Source: an uncultured Candidatus Binatia bacterium
GTDB lineage: Bacteria; Desulfobacterota; Binatia; Bin18
DNA length: 64,000 nt
Reading direction: 5' to 3'
Assembly: GCA_965220195.1 (NCBI GenBank)
Contig: CBDCPK010000005.1
Location: 3,029,875-3,093,874, forward strand
The notes under the pieces are model-generated. The model had not been told where the DNA came from, did no database searches, and was given only the letters and a program-made list of their open reading frames with translations. The position numbers and the translations under genes were made by a program. This document shows, piece after piece, positions 27,883 to 36,803 of this stretch; position 1 is the first letter of the stretch; each line of letters begins with the position of its first letter.

Positions 27883-28695
27883 ATGCGACAGCACCAGACC
27901 CATACTTCCTTCCCGTTCCGGCTCCACTCGTCTCGGCGTGGCCTGCTCGTTGGGCTGTCCATGTTTGCTCTCCTCATGCTCCTGCCCGGCCGTGCTCCTG
28001 CGGTGTCTACCGTCCCCGTCCAGGTCCATCATGTCGGATTTGATCGGCACGCACAGGCTCCTGTGGTGATTCTTGCCGACGCTGAGAGTTCGCGCTTCCT
28101 CCCGATCTGGGTCGGTCCATTTGAAGCCCGGGCCATTGCGCTGGCGCTGGCCGGGACACCCGCTCCCCGTCCTCTGACGCACGACCTGATGAAAAACGTC
28201 CTGGAACACATGGGTGTTGAGTTTCAAAAGATCGTGGTGAGCGCGCTTAAAGATAATACGTATTTCGCGCAGATTCATTTACTCTTCACCGACCGGTCGG
28301 TCGAGATTGACAGTCGCCCGAGTGATGCTATTGCGCTTGCTCTCAGGTTCGACCGGCCTATTTTCGTTGCGGAGGACGTCTTTGCGGAAAGCAGTCAGCG
28401 GTTACCCGCACCACTCCAGACCATCAGCGCGACGGTCATGGGTATTGAGGTGCAGAATCTGACCGCTGAACTGGCAGAACATTTTCAGCTGCCGACCGCA
28501 GAGGGAGTGCTCGTGACAAATGCTGCTCAGGATCGGGGGACACTGCAACGCGGCGATGTCATTCTGGCCCTGGAGGGCGAACTCATCCGGAATATCTCAG
28601 ACTTTCAGCAGAAAACTTTGCAGGAGAATCAGTCCGTCCGTCTTCTCGTCCGACGTTCCGGACGGAATATCGATGTCATCCTTATGCTGCGATGA
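27883..28695 (+). CDS. Bifunctional nuclease (BFN/DUF151) domain protein with N-terminal membrane anchor and C-terminal PDZ-like domain
   Basis: DUF151 core (VILADAESSRFLPIWVG...SRPSDAIALALR). Hydrophobic N-terminus. Confidence 0.6.
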   Translation: MRQHQTHTSFPFRLHSSRRGLLVGLSMFALLMLLPGRAPAVSTVPVQVHHVGFDRHAQAPVVILADAESSRFLPIWVGPFEARAIALALAGTPAPRPLTHDLMKNVLEHMGVEFQKIVVSALKDNTYFAQIHLLFTDRSVEIDSRPSDAIALALRFDRPIFVAEDVFAESSQRLPAPLQTISATVMGIEVQNLTAELAEHFQLPTAEGVLVTNAAQDRGTLQRGDVILALEGELIRNISDFQQKTLQENQSVRLLVRRSGRNIDVILMLR

Positions 28696-28732
28696 ATAAC
28701 GGTCAAAGAGTGAATCAAAAAGGAGTATGGTC

Positions 28733-29140
28733 ATGAACGCTTTAGAGGATAAAGAGGCTATTCGTGATTTAATGACGCGGTACTGCCTCTCGATTGATGC
28801 CGGACGTTATGAGGAGTGGGTTCAATGTTTTACCGAGGATGGCACGTTTAACAGTCCGATTCTCGGCGTATGGCAAGGGCCGGAGAAACTGCTGGCCTTT
28901 ACCTCGCGCTATAAAGAATGGACTGGAGACGCGCAGCCCCGTCACTGCGTCATGAATATTCTGATTGACCTTGACGGTGATACGGCTACCGCAGAGAGCT
29001 ATCTGCTCATGACGCACGCGGCGCAAGGAAAAACTGAACTTGTGATTTCCGGGCGTTATGAGGACGAGATTGAGAAAGTTGCCGGACAGTGGCGTTTTAA
29101 GGAACGCAAGGTTTGCCCCGATACCTCGCCGGCAGGCTGA
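28733..29140 (+). CDS. NTF2-like (SnoaL-type) protein
   Basis: AIRDLMTRY...DAGRYEEW pattern typical of SnoaL-like proteins. The second ATG was chosen for RBS spacing. Confidence 0.55.
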   Translation: MNALEDKEAIRDLMTRYCLSIDAGRYEEWVQCFTEDGTFNSPILGVWQGPEKLLAFTSRYKEWTGDAQPRHCVMNILIDLDGDTATAESYLLMTHAAQGKTELVISGRYEDEIEKVAGQWRFKERKVCPDTSPAG

Positions 29141-29223
29141 AGAGGGTCGGTGCCCAAGCCTCTGTAACGCCTTTTCCATACCCCCTTTCAAAGTCGAAGA
29201 AAGCCGGATAAGACCGGCCACGT

Positions 29224-29311
29224 GGAGGGATGGCCGAGCGGTTGAAGGCGCCGGTCTTGAAAATCGGTAGAGTCCAAAAGGCTCTCGTGGGTTCGAATCC
29301 CACTCCCTCCG
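29224..29311 (+). tRNA. tRNA-Ser (anticodon UGA)
   Basis: Acceptor stem GGAGGGA/TCCCTCC. D-arm GCCGAGCGGTTGAAGGC. Anticodon loop CTTGAAA. Long variable arm. T-arm GTGGGTTCGAATCCCAC. Discriminator G. Confidence 0.85.
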
Positions 29312-29413
29312 CGTCCCCTTGATTCCCTTTGTTCCCGCCCGTTTGCCCCAGCGCCCAACGATTGGTCAGGGAAGGGAATGTGATAATGTTAATATCAAGA
29401 GAGAGGAGTAGGG

Positions 29414-29590
29414 ATGTCGCGTCGTAAGATAGCCATGCCTGAGGAATTGGAGGAATCAACTCGGAGACTCAAGAGGATGACGACCCCACGGAGCAAGATC
29501 GGTAAGATGAAACAGACGGCTGATAAGCTATTGGAACGGAACAAACAACTGATTGATCGATTGAAGAAAGACAAGGATAAGGAAGAATGA
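29414..29590 (+). CDS. Hypothetical small basic coiled-coil protein (58 aa)
   Basis: GAGAGGAG RBS. Its stop overlaps the next start (ATGATGG). Low G+C. Confidence 0.3.
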   Translation: MSRRKIAMPEELEESTRRLKRMTTPRSKIGKMKQTADKLLERNKQLIDRLKKDKDKEE

Positions 29591-29880
29591 TGGGCTTCGT
29601 GTTTGAAAAAGAAGGAAAGGCATACTGTATGGTGCTTAAAAGAAATGGGGATAACGGGTTCAAAGAGGGATACTTTACAGACAGAGAAAAAGACTCCAAA
29701 GAGAACGAATACTTGATAAATGGCAAAAGCTGTAAACGTGCTCATAACCCAGGGTCTCCCGAGTCTGGCCCTTGGAAGCCGCTTGGTCCCGATTGGAGCG
29801 GGGTTGTCAGCGCCTACGAAAAGGATGGGTGGGTAAAATCTCCGCTGACAAGTTTTGAGGGTCCCATACGACGGCTGTAG
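29587..29880 (+). CDS. Hypothetical protein (97 aa)
   Basis: Translationally coupled to the upstream small ORF. Low G+C. Confidence 0.3.
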   Translation: MMGFVFEKEGKAYCMVLKRNGDNGFKEGYFTDREKDSKENEYLINGKSCKRAHNPGSPESGPWKPLGPDWSGVVSAYEKDGWVKSPLTSFEGPIRRL

Positions 29881-29892
29881 GGAAAGGGGCAA

Positions 29893-30123
29893 GTGATGAG
29901 CAAGCTACGTCAGTTCTTCCGGCCGGCAGAGAGGTATGAGGACGGCCGGTTTAAGACCTATGATGATATGAGTGAGGAAGGGAAAGCAGCTACGAAGTTG
30001 CGGCTGAAGTTTATAGGCATCATGCTCTTGATTACCGTGCTCGGTCTTCTCCTTGCATGGGAGGGGTACAAGCACAACAGAGAAATGGAAGCACAGGGGA
30101 AAGAAGGCTTCTATTTGTGGTGA
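29893..30123 (+). CDS. Hypothetical small membrane protein (76 aa)
   Basis: One predicted TM helix (IGIMLLITVLGLLLAW). GGGGCAAG RBS-like. Confidence 0.3.
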   Translation: MMSKLRQFFRPAERYEDGRFKTYDDMSEEGKAATKLRLKFIGIMLLITVLGLLLAWEGYKHNREMEAQGKEGFYLW

Positions 30124-30235
30124 CAACGAGGCTCTGAGGTAGAGATGAAATTCCCTAGAGGGTGTTAGGCACTTCTGACAACCTATTGATTTTATGTAGG
30201 TTTTTTACAGAGCCACACAATGCCGCCCTCTATTT

Positions 30236-30372
30236 TGCTGTTCCCGAGGGGCCCGAAAACGCGGCAGTTTCGGCAGCATGCCGGGAACAGTAACTGTCCA
30301 GCGATTCCAAAGGGTTAGCCCTTGAAAAAAAAGCTGTTCCGCTGTTCCCGACCTCTAATGGGGAACAGAAAG
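30236..30372. promoter_or_regulatory. Array of CTGTTCC/GGGAACAG inverted and direct repeats upstream of hsdR (candidate operator region)
   Basis: CTGTTCCCG-N35-CGGGAACAG with a nested CCGAAA/TTTCGG hairpin. Second palindrome CTGTTCCC-N11-GGGAACAG. Tandem CTGTTCCGCTGTTCCC and GAACAGAAAGAACAG. Confidence 0.4.
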
Positions 30373-30462
30373 AACAGAAAATATGACCATACGCTGACAA
30401 TGGACGAGGCGGTACTATGCTGGCGCAAGAGGGTGAGATGTGATGAATGAAAGAATCCCGCC

Positions 30463-32871
30463 ATGCAGAAGACCCGTCTCAGCGAAAGCGATGTCCGCGC
30501 CAAGTATATTACGCCAGCCCTGCATCAGGCCGGCTGGGACGAGGCGCAGATTCGGCGCGAGGTCAGCTTCACCAAGGGCCGCATTATCGTGCGCGGCAAG
30601 CTGGTCAGCCGGGGTGAGGGCAAGCAGGCCGATTACGTCCTGCACTACAAGCCCAACCTCCCCATTGCGCTGATTGAAGCCAAGGACAACATGCACGCGG
30701 TTGGTGATGGCATGCAGCAGGCCCTGGGCTATGCCGAGACGCTGCATATCCCCTTTGTTTTTTCCTCCAACGGCGAGGGTTTTGTGTTCCACGACCGGAC
30801 CGGCCTGAGCCCTGAGCGGGAAACCACCCTCAGCCTGGACGCCTTTCCCGCGCCGGCCGAGCTGTGGGAGCGCTATCGTGCCTGGAAGGACCTGACACCA
30901 GAGGCCGAGTCCGTTGTTTCGCAGGACTATTTCAGCGACGGCGGCGGGAAGACCCCGCGCTACTATCAGGTCAACGCCATCAACGCCGCCATTGAGGCTA
31001 TTGCCAAGGGCCGCGAGCGCCTCCTGCTGGTCATGGCTACCGGAACGGGCAAGACCTATACCGCCTTTCAGATCATCTGGCGGTTGTGGAAGGCGGGCGG
31101 TAAAAAGCGCATTCTGTTTCTGGCCGACCGCAATGTGCTGATTGACCAGACGATGGTCAACGACTTCCGGCCTTTCGGTCCGGCCATGGCCAAGCTGTCG
31201 CCCAGGGCCGGGACCATCGAGCGCGCGGACGGTGCCTCCGAGGACCTGAGCGCCGCGATTGACCGCAGGCGGCGGATTGACACCTCGTATGAAATCTATC
31301 TCGGCCTGTACCAGGCCCTGACCGGGCCGGAGGACCGTCAGAAAGTCTTTCAACAGTTTTCGCCCGGCTTCTTCGACCTGATTGTGATTGACGAGTGCCA
31401 CCGCGGCAGCGCGGCCGAGGATTCGGCCTGGCGGGAAATCCTGGACTATTTCTCGTCCGCCACCCACATTGGTCTGACGGCCACGCCCAAGGAAACGGCC
31501 TATGTGTCCAACATCGAATACTTTGGCGAGCCGGTCTATACCTACTCGCTCAAACAGGGCATCCACGACGGATTTCTGGCCCCCTACAAAGTCATCAAGG
31601 TGCATATCGACCGCGACGTAGAGGGCTACCGACCCGAATCCGGCCAGTTGGACCGGGACGGGCACGAGGTCGAGGACCGCCTCTACAACACCAAGGATTT
31701 TGACCGCAATCTGGTATTGGACGAACGGACCAAGCTGGTGGCCCGCAAGATCACCCAATTCCTGAAGGAAAGCGGCGACCGCTTCCAGAAGACGATTGTC
31801 TTCTGCGTTGACCGGGAGCACGCGGCCCGGATGCGCCAGGCCCTCATCAACGAGAACGCCGCCCTGGTAGGCGAGAATCACCGCTATGTCATGCGGATCA
31901 CCGGCGGCGACACCGAGGGGCAGGCTCAACTGGACAACTTCATTGACCCGGAATCCCGATACCCCGTATTGGTCACCACTTCGCGTTTGCTCTCGACCGG
32001 GGTGGATATCCAGACCTGCCGGCTCATCGTGCTTGACCGGGAGGTGGGCTCCATGACCGAGTTCAAGCAGATTGTCGGTCGCGGCACCCGTGTGCACGAA
32101 GACACACGCAAGTTCTACTTTACGCTGATGGATTTTCGGGGCGCGACCGGTCATTTTGCCGACCCGGACTTTGACGGCGAGCCGGTGCAGATATACGAAC
32201 CCGGCGAGGACGATCCCATCACGCCGCCCGACGACGAAACAACGCCCCCGCAACCGGGCGAGGATGAGACGATTGTAGATGGTCTGCCACCCGATAGGCA
32301 GAAACCCCGCAAGATATATGTGGATAGTGTGAGCGCCGGCATCGTTGCCGAGCGGGTTGAGTATCTGGACCAATACGGCAAGCTGGTCACCGAGTCCTTA
32401 CGTGACTTTACCCGAAAGGCGCTGAAAAAGCGCTTTGCCAGCCTGGACGATTTTCTCCGGCGCTGGAAAGCGGCCGAACGCAAGCAGGCCATTCTTGAGG
32501 AATTGGCTGCCGAGGGGCTGGCGCTCGACACGATTGCCCAGGAACTCGGCAAGGACCTCGACCCTTTTGACCTGATTTGCCATGTAGCTTTTGACGCCAA
32601 GCCGCTGACCCGGCGCGAACGGGCTGAAAACGTCAAGAAGCGCGACGTGTTCGCCAAGTACGGAGACCGGGCCCGCACCGTGCTCGACGCATTACTCGCC
32701 AAGTATGCCGACGAGGGCGTGCTGAATCTGGACGATACCAACGTGCTGCGCATCCCACCCTTGAGCAACCTGGGCACCCCGCTGCAGCTTCTTAAGGCCT
32801 TTGGCGGCAAGGGAAGGTTCGTCCAGGCCGTTCACGATCTGCAAGCCGAGCTGTATAGGGAGAGCGCGTAA
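30463..32871 (+). CDS. hsdR: Type I restriction enzyme R subunit (HsdR)
   Basis: The N-terminal SESDTRAKYITPALHQAGW motif is classic for HsdR. Walker A GTGKT and DECH box (VIDECHRGS). Helicase C domain. Confidence 0.9.
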   Translation: MQKTRLSESDVRAKYITPALHQAGWDEAQIRREVSFTKGRIIVRGKLVSRGEGKQADYVLHYKPNLPIALIEAKDNMHAVGDGMQQALGYAETLHIPFVFSSNGEGFVFHDRTGLSPERETTLSLDAFPAPAELWERYRAWKDLTPEAESVVSQDYFSDGGGKTPRYYQVNAINAAIEAIAKGRERLLLVMATGTGKTYTAFQIIWRLWKAGGKKRILFLADRNVLIDQTMVNDFRPFGPAMAKLSPRAGTIERADGASEDLSAAIDRRRRIDTSYEIYLGLYQALTGPEDRQKVFQQFSPGFFDLIVIDECHRGSAAEDSAWREILDYFSSATHIGLTATPKETAYVSNIEYFGEPVYTYSLKQGIHDGFLAPYKVIKVHIDRDVEGYRPESGQLDRDGHEVEDRLYNTKDFDRNLVLDERTKLVARKITQFLKESGDRFQKTIVFCVDREHAARMRQALINENAALVGENHRYVMRITGGDTEGQAQLDNFIDPESRYPVLVTTSRLLSTGVDIQTCRLIVLDREVGSMTEFKQIVGRGTRVHEDTRKFYFTLMDFRGATGHFADPDFDGEPVQIYEPGEDDPITPPDDETTPPQPGEDETIVDGLPPDRQKPRKIYVDSVSAGIVAERVEYLDQYGKLVTESLRDFTRKALKKRFASLDDFLRRWKAAERKQAILEELAAEGLALDTIAQELGKDLDPFDLICHVAFDAKPLTRRERAENVKKRDVFAKYGDRARTVLDALLAKYADEGVLNLDDTNVLRIPPLSNLGTPLQLLKAFGGKGRFVQAVHDLQAELYRESA

Positions 32872-32874
32872 TTC

Positions 32875-34335
32875 ATGTCCGTTCGCACTCTGGTCAAATC
32901 CATTCAGGACATCATGCGCCAGGACACGGGCGTGGACGGTGACGCCCAGCGTATCAGTCAGTTGTGCTGGATGTTCTTTCTCAAGATCATTGACGACCAG
33001 GACCAGGAAATGGAGATGGAGAGGGAGGGGGAGGGCTACACGTCCCCTATACCCGAGCAGTTTCAATGGCGGACCTGGGCGGCCGACCCCGAGGGCATGA
33101 CCGGTGAGGAACTGTTGAACTTTATCAACGCCGACTTGTTCCCGTCGCTGAAGAACCTGGAAATTGACCAGGCAGGAGCCCGTAGCCGCGTTGTGCGCGA
33201 TGTTTTTGAGGATGCCTACAACTACATGAAGTCCGGCCAGTTGGTGCGTCAGGTGGTCAACAAGATCAACGATATTGACTTTAATGACCTGACCGAGCGT
33301 CAGCATTTCGGCGACATCTACGAGCAGATTCTCAACGACCTGCAATCCGCGGGCAATGCCGGCGAGTATTATACGCCCCGCGCCGTAACCGCCTTTATGG
33401 TTGATCGTATCGACCCCAAGCCGGACGAGACCGTATTCGACCCGGCCTGCGGGACCGGTGGCTTTTTGACCTGTGCACTGCGTCACATGCGTGAGCGTTA
33501 TGCCAAACGGCCCGAAGACGAACCGACCATACAGGCTGCCCTGCGTGCCGTTGAAAAGAAGCAGCTCCCCCACATGCTGTGCGTGACCAATATGCTGCTG
33601 CACGGCGTTGAAGACCCGAGCTTTGTGCGCCACGACAACACCCTGGCGCGGCCCTACATTAGCTGGGAGCAAAAGCACCGGGTGGACATTGTCCTGACCA
33701 ACCCGCCTTTTGGCGGCAGGGAGGAAGACGGTATTGAGGCCAACTTTCCGAAAGAGTTTCGGACCAAGGAGACCGCAGACCTGTTCCTGGCTCTTATTAT
33801 CCGCCTGCTGAAGCCGGGTGGGCGCGCCGCCGTGGTGCTGCCCGACGGCTCGCTGTTTGGCGAGGGCGTCAAAACGCGGCTCAAGGAGCACTTGATGGAG
33901 GAGTGCAACCTGCATACCATCGTGCGCCTGCCCAATTCCGTGTTCCGGCCGTATGCCTCTATCGGCACCAATCTGCTGTTCTTTGAGAAGGGCGCACCAA
34001 CCACTGACATCTGGTTCTACGAGCACCGCGTGCCCGCAGGTCAGAAAGCCTATTCCATGACCAGGCCGATCCGGCTGGACCATTTACAGCCCTGCATCGA
34101 CTGGTGGGGTGGGGCGGAGCGCACGGACCGCACGGAAACGGAGCGCGCCTGGAAGGTGACCGCCGAAGCCGTCAAGGCGCGCGGCTACAACCTGGACATC
34201 AAAAACCCGCATACCCAGGCAGACGACCTCGGCGACCCGCAAGAACTGCTGGCCAAGCTCAGCGCAACCGAGGCCGAGGTCACGGACTTGCGGGACCAGT
34301 TAAAGGCGATATTGGCCGAGGCGTTGCTGCGGTAA
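32875..34335 (+). CDS. hsdM: Type I restriction-modification N6-adenine DNA methyltransferase M subunit (HsdM)
   Basis: NPPFGG catalytic motif, SAM-binding FDPACGTGGFL, and the HsdM N-terminal domain. Starts 4 nt after the hsdR stop. Confidence 0.9.
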   Translation: MSVRTLVKSIQDIMRQDTGVDGDAQRISQLCWMFFLKIIDDQDQEMEMEREGEGYTSPIPEQFQWRTWAADPEGMTGEELLNFINADLFPSLKNLEIDQAGARSRVVRDVFEDAYNYMKSGQLVRQVVNKINDIDFNDLTERQHFGDIYEQILNDLQSAGNAGEYYTPRAVTAFMVDRIDPKPDETVFDPACGTGGFLTCALRHMRERYAKRPEDEPTIQAALRAVEKKQLPHMLCVTNMLLHGVEDPSFVRHDNTLARPYISWEQKHRVDIVLTNPPFGGREEDGIEANFPKEFRTKETADLFLALIIRLLKPGGRAAVVLPDGSLFGEGVKTRLKEHLMEECNLHTIVRLPNSVFRPYASIGTNLLFFEKGAPTTDIWFYEHRVPAGQKAYSMTRPIRLDHLQPCIDWWGGAERTDRTETERAWKVTAEAVKARGYNLDIKNPHTQADDLGDPQELLAKLSATEAEVTDLRDQLKAILAEALLR

Positions 34336-34395
34336 GGGCCGCTTGCAATCCACCGTTTCAGCCCCTCTCTCGCTCTCCTCTGTGGCCTTCATATC

Positions 34396-34456
34396 CCCTC
34401 CTTGGAGGGGTGGCCCGAAGGGCCGGGGTGGGTTCCTTTTCGCATCACACGTCCCG
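34396..34456. repeat. Third (inverted) copy of the 43-bp GGAACCCACCCC unit fused to the GTGGGTTCCTTTTCGCATCACACGTCC element
   Basis: CCCCTCCTTGGAGGGGTGGCCCGAAGGGCCGGGGTGGGTTCC is the reverse complement of 3819-3861. It is followed by a near copy of 3955-3985. Confidence 0.55.
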
Positions 34457-34593
34457 AGAGGAGAGAAGAGCACAGGCCTGTCCTTTACCACCGTATTGGA
34501 ACGCCTCCGGCTCATCCAACCTGCGGAACGAGTTTGATGCATACGGCTATTCCCCCTAAATTTGACTGATCCTAGTCATAAGGGGAATCACTC

Positions 34594-34890
34594 TTGAATA
34601 AATCCCGTCAAGCCAGGCAGACCGGCCCGGCACGGACTTCCGGCTGGAAGCTGGGAGAGGCCAAGGCAAAGTTCAGTGAACTCGTTCGCCTTGCCGCGTC
34701 CGGGCAGCCGCAACGGGTCACGGTTCACGGGAAGGACGCCGTGGTCATCGTCGCGGCAGACACATTCGAAGCCCTCCAGGCGCGGGAGCAATCGGGCAGC
34801 TTACACGAACTCCTGTCCCAATCTCCGCTGAGCCGTATCACGTTCGGTGGAGATAGTGTTCGGAGTCCGGTCCGTGAGTGTGCGTTGTGA
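34594..34890 (+). CDS. Phd/YefM-family antitoxin-like protein
   Basis: WKLGEAKAKFSELVR...VTVHGKDAVVIV matches the Phd/YefM N-terminal fold. TTG start after an AAGGGGAA RBS. Confidence 0.55.
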   Translation: MNKSRQARQTGPARTSGWKLGEAKAKFSELVRLAASGQPQRVTVHGKDAVVIVAADTFEALQAREQSGSLHELLSQSPLSRITFGGDSVRSPVRECAL

Positions 34891-34936
34891 ATAGCGCTTG
34901 CCTCTCTCGTCTTTCTATTTCACAATGGTCTCCATG

Positions 34937-35149
34937 AACACGGTCACTGTTCGCCTGGATGCAGAGCTTGCCCTTGAGTTGACAAAACTCGCGAAACGTA
35001 CGGGACGCCCCAAAAGCGAGTTGATTCGCCGTGCGTTACGCCGCCAACTGGCATTGGCTCGTTTTGAAGAACTGCGTCAGGGTGTCGCGCCGTTCGCAGA
35101 GGCCAGAGGGTGGCTTACGGATGAAGACGTTTTCCAGAACGTCTCATGA
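34937..35149 (+). CDS. Ribbon-helix-helix (CopG-like) antitoxin
   Basis: MNTVTVRLDAELALELTKLAKRTGRPKSELIRRAL is a typical RHH. Its stop overlaps the vapC start. Confidence 0.6.
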   Translation, partial: NTVTVRLDAELALELTKLAKRTGRPKSELIRRALRRQLALARFEELRQGVAPFAEARGWLTDEDVFQNVS

Positions 35150-35541
35150 GGGTATTCTTGGACACCAACGTGCTGGTTGCCGCCTACGCGACGCGCGGAC
35201 TTTGTGAGGATGTCTTTCGAGTCATATTAGCAGAACACGAACTCGTCGTGAGCGAGACCGTGCTCGCCGAATTTGAGCGCGTCCTGGTGCAGAAGCTCCG
35301 CTTGCCTCTTCCGCAAGTAAAAACACTGTCATCTTTCTTACGAAGACAGGCCGACATCGTTGACCCTGTCGCTCCCTCCGTGTGGCCGAAACGTGACCCG
35401 GACGACCGATGGGTCGTTGCGGCAGCGATAGAGGGAGGCGTTGATTTTCTTGTCACTGGTGATCGTGACCTGCTTGAAGTCGCTGCTGAAGTGCCCGTTT
35501 CCATCGTCTCGCCGCGAACGTTCTGGGAGCAACTTCGTTAG
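35146..35541 (+). CDS. vapC: VapC-family PIN-domain toxin
   Basis: MRVFLDTNVLVAA N-terminus, with conserved Asp/Glu positions later in the sequence. Confidence 0.8.
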   Translation: MRVFLDTNVLVAAYATRGLCEDVFRVILAEHELVVSETVLAEFERVLVQKLRLPLPQVKTLSSFLRRQADIVDPVAPSVWPKRDPDDRWVVAAAIEGGVDFLVTGDRDLLEVAAEVPVSIVSPRTFWEQLR

Positions 35542-35678
35542 TCCGCAGGGTGGCTGAGGAAAATGTCAGGTGAAGCTTCGCTCACTTGGCCTACGAGGCT
35601 GTTGGCCGGTTACACTCCTAAAGCATTGCCAAAAAGTAGCCTATACGCTACTGGAGGGTATGCCTGGGAGATGAGCAT

Positions 35679-35999
35679 ATGGCAAGGCGCACCATTCCGT
35701 ACGAAGACCTCCTCTATCAGGACCTCCAAGACCCCGAAGAGGCTGTGGCGTATCTGAACGCTGCCCTGGACGACGAATATGCACAGGGGGCAGAGGTCTT
35801 TCTCTTAGCCCTCCGTGATGTTGCCAAGGCTCGTGGTATGAAACAACTCGCTCAGGACACGCAACTCAGCCGGGAGAGCTTGTACCGAACATTGTCCCGT
35901 AAGGGGAACCCTCGCTTTTCCACGCTTGAGGCCGTGTTGAAGAGTCTTGGGCTGAAACTGAGTGTGACGGTGAAGCCCCCGGAAACAAAGGCTGCCTGA
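35679..35999 (+). CDS. HigA-family addiction-module antidote protein (orphan)
   Basis: DPEEAVAYLNAALDD...LLALRDVAKARGM...SRESLYRTLS matches the TIGR02684-like antidote family. No killer partner is detected upstream. Confidence 0.6.
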   Translation: MARRTIPYEDLLYQDLQDPEEAVAYLNAALDDEYAQGAEVFLLALRDVAKARGMKQLAQDTQLSRESLYRTLSRKGNPRFSTLEAVLKSLGLKLSVTVKPPETKAA

Positions 36000-36005
36000 C
36001 CTCCG

Positions 36006-36065
36006 CGTTACCTCTTCAATGAATGCCGAACACCTGCTCACCCACTTCGACCGCATAGCCGACGC
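36006..36065 (+). repeat. Direct repeat 1: duplicated 5' end of hsdS (about 50 bp plus GCCGACGC)
   Basis: CGTTACCTCTTCAATGAATGCCGAACACCTGCTCACCCACTTCGACCGC matches 36804-36852 with two mismatches. Confidence 0.7.
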
Positions 36066-36109
36066 GGCGCAGGTGACGCTTCGCTCGCCTAGGCTACGAG
36101 GCTGCCGAT

Positions 36110-36604
36110 ATGACTAAACCACGCGTGTATGTTGAGACCACGATTCCCAGCTTTTACCACGAAGAGCGCTCTGCTCCCGACATCGTAGCGCGCCGGGAAT
36201 GGACGCGGCGATGGTGGGACAGTGCGCCCGAGCACTACGAGCTTGTCACCAGCCCGGCCGTTCTGGACGAGCTGGCCCGCGGGATCCCGGAACGCAGTGA
36301 GAGACGCCTGTCGCTGGTGCGCAATCTCCCGCTCCTGCCCGTCGAATTGGCTATCACCGAGATCGTCCAAGGGTATATCAGGCACAAGCTGATGCCGGCG
36401 GATCCTGGTGGTGACGCCTTGCACTTGGCGCTCGCCTCCTACCACAAATGCGACTTTCTGGTAACGTGGAATTGTCGACATCTGGCAAACGCGAACAAGT
36501 TTGGCCATATCCGCCGTGTGAATACGATGCTCGGCCTTTTTATTCCGGCGCTCGTGACCCCGTTGGAACTCTTTGGAGGGAGCGATGAAACAGAATCAGA
36601 GTGA
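36110..36604 (+). CDS. PIN-like domain protein (putative VapC-like toxin)
   Basis: C-terminal DALHLALASYHKCDFLVTWNCRHL resembles the PIN C-terminal motif. The N-terminus (VYVETT) has Glu in the first acidic position. Confidence 0.5.
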   Translation: MTKPRVYVETTIPSFYHEERSAPDIVARREWTRRWWDSAPEHYELVTSPAVLDELARGIPERSERRLSLVRNLPLLPVELAITEIVQGYIRHKLMPADPGGDALHLALASYHKCDFLVTWNCRHLANANKFGHIRRVNTMLGLFIPALVTPLELFGGSDETESE

Positions 36605-36782
36605 CCCGGTGATTGATGAGATTCGAGAAGTGCGGCACCGCATCTCGGCGTGCTTTGGCCATGACCCCACACGGTTGGTAGCCTTCTACATGGAAATGCA
36701 GAAGCAGTACCAGGACCGGCTGATTGAGACCGCAAAGAGTTCTCAGGATAAGGATAACCAGCAATCTGACACGGCGCTTTAA
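36585..36782 (+). CDS. Small partner protein of the PIN-like gene (putative antitoxin), 65 aa
   Basis: Overlaps the PIN-like gene's 3' end by 20 nt. Charged helical protein. Confidence 0.4.
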   Translation: MKQNQSDPVIDEIREVRHRISACFGHDPTRLVAFYMEMQKQYQDRLIETAKSSQDKDNQQSDTAL

Positions 36783-36803
36783 CGCGCGAACAGCTCGCCG
36801 CAT

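Noticed and set aside
29311-29420. Direct repeat of the tRNA-Ser 3' end marking an attR site
   Set aside because: I searched the island's right boundary (45.8-46.2 kb) and other module junctions for GGGTTCGAATCCCACTCCCTCC-like sequence. None was found.
30327-30372. LexA/Cheo SOS box upstream of hsdR
   Set aside because: The GAACAG copies are direct, not inverted. They do not fit CTGT-N8-ACAG or GAAC-N4-GTTC.
30415-32373. 652-aa minus-strand ORF, and similar ORFs 32692-34083 and 32151-32810
   Set aside because: They are antisense to hsdR and hsdM, which have unambiguous catalytic motifs. They are GC-skew artefacts.
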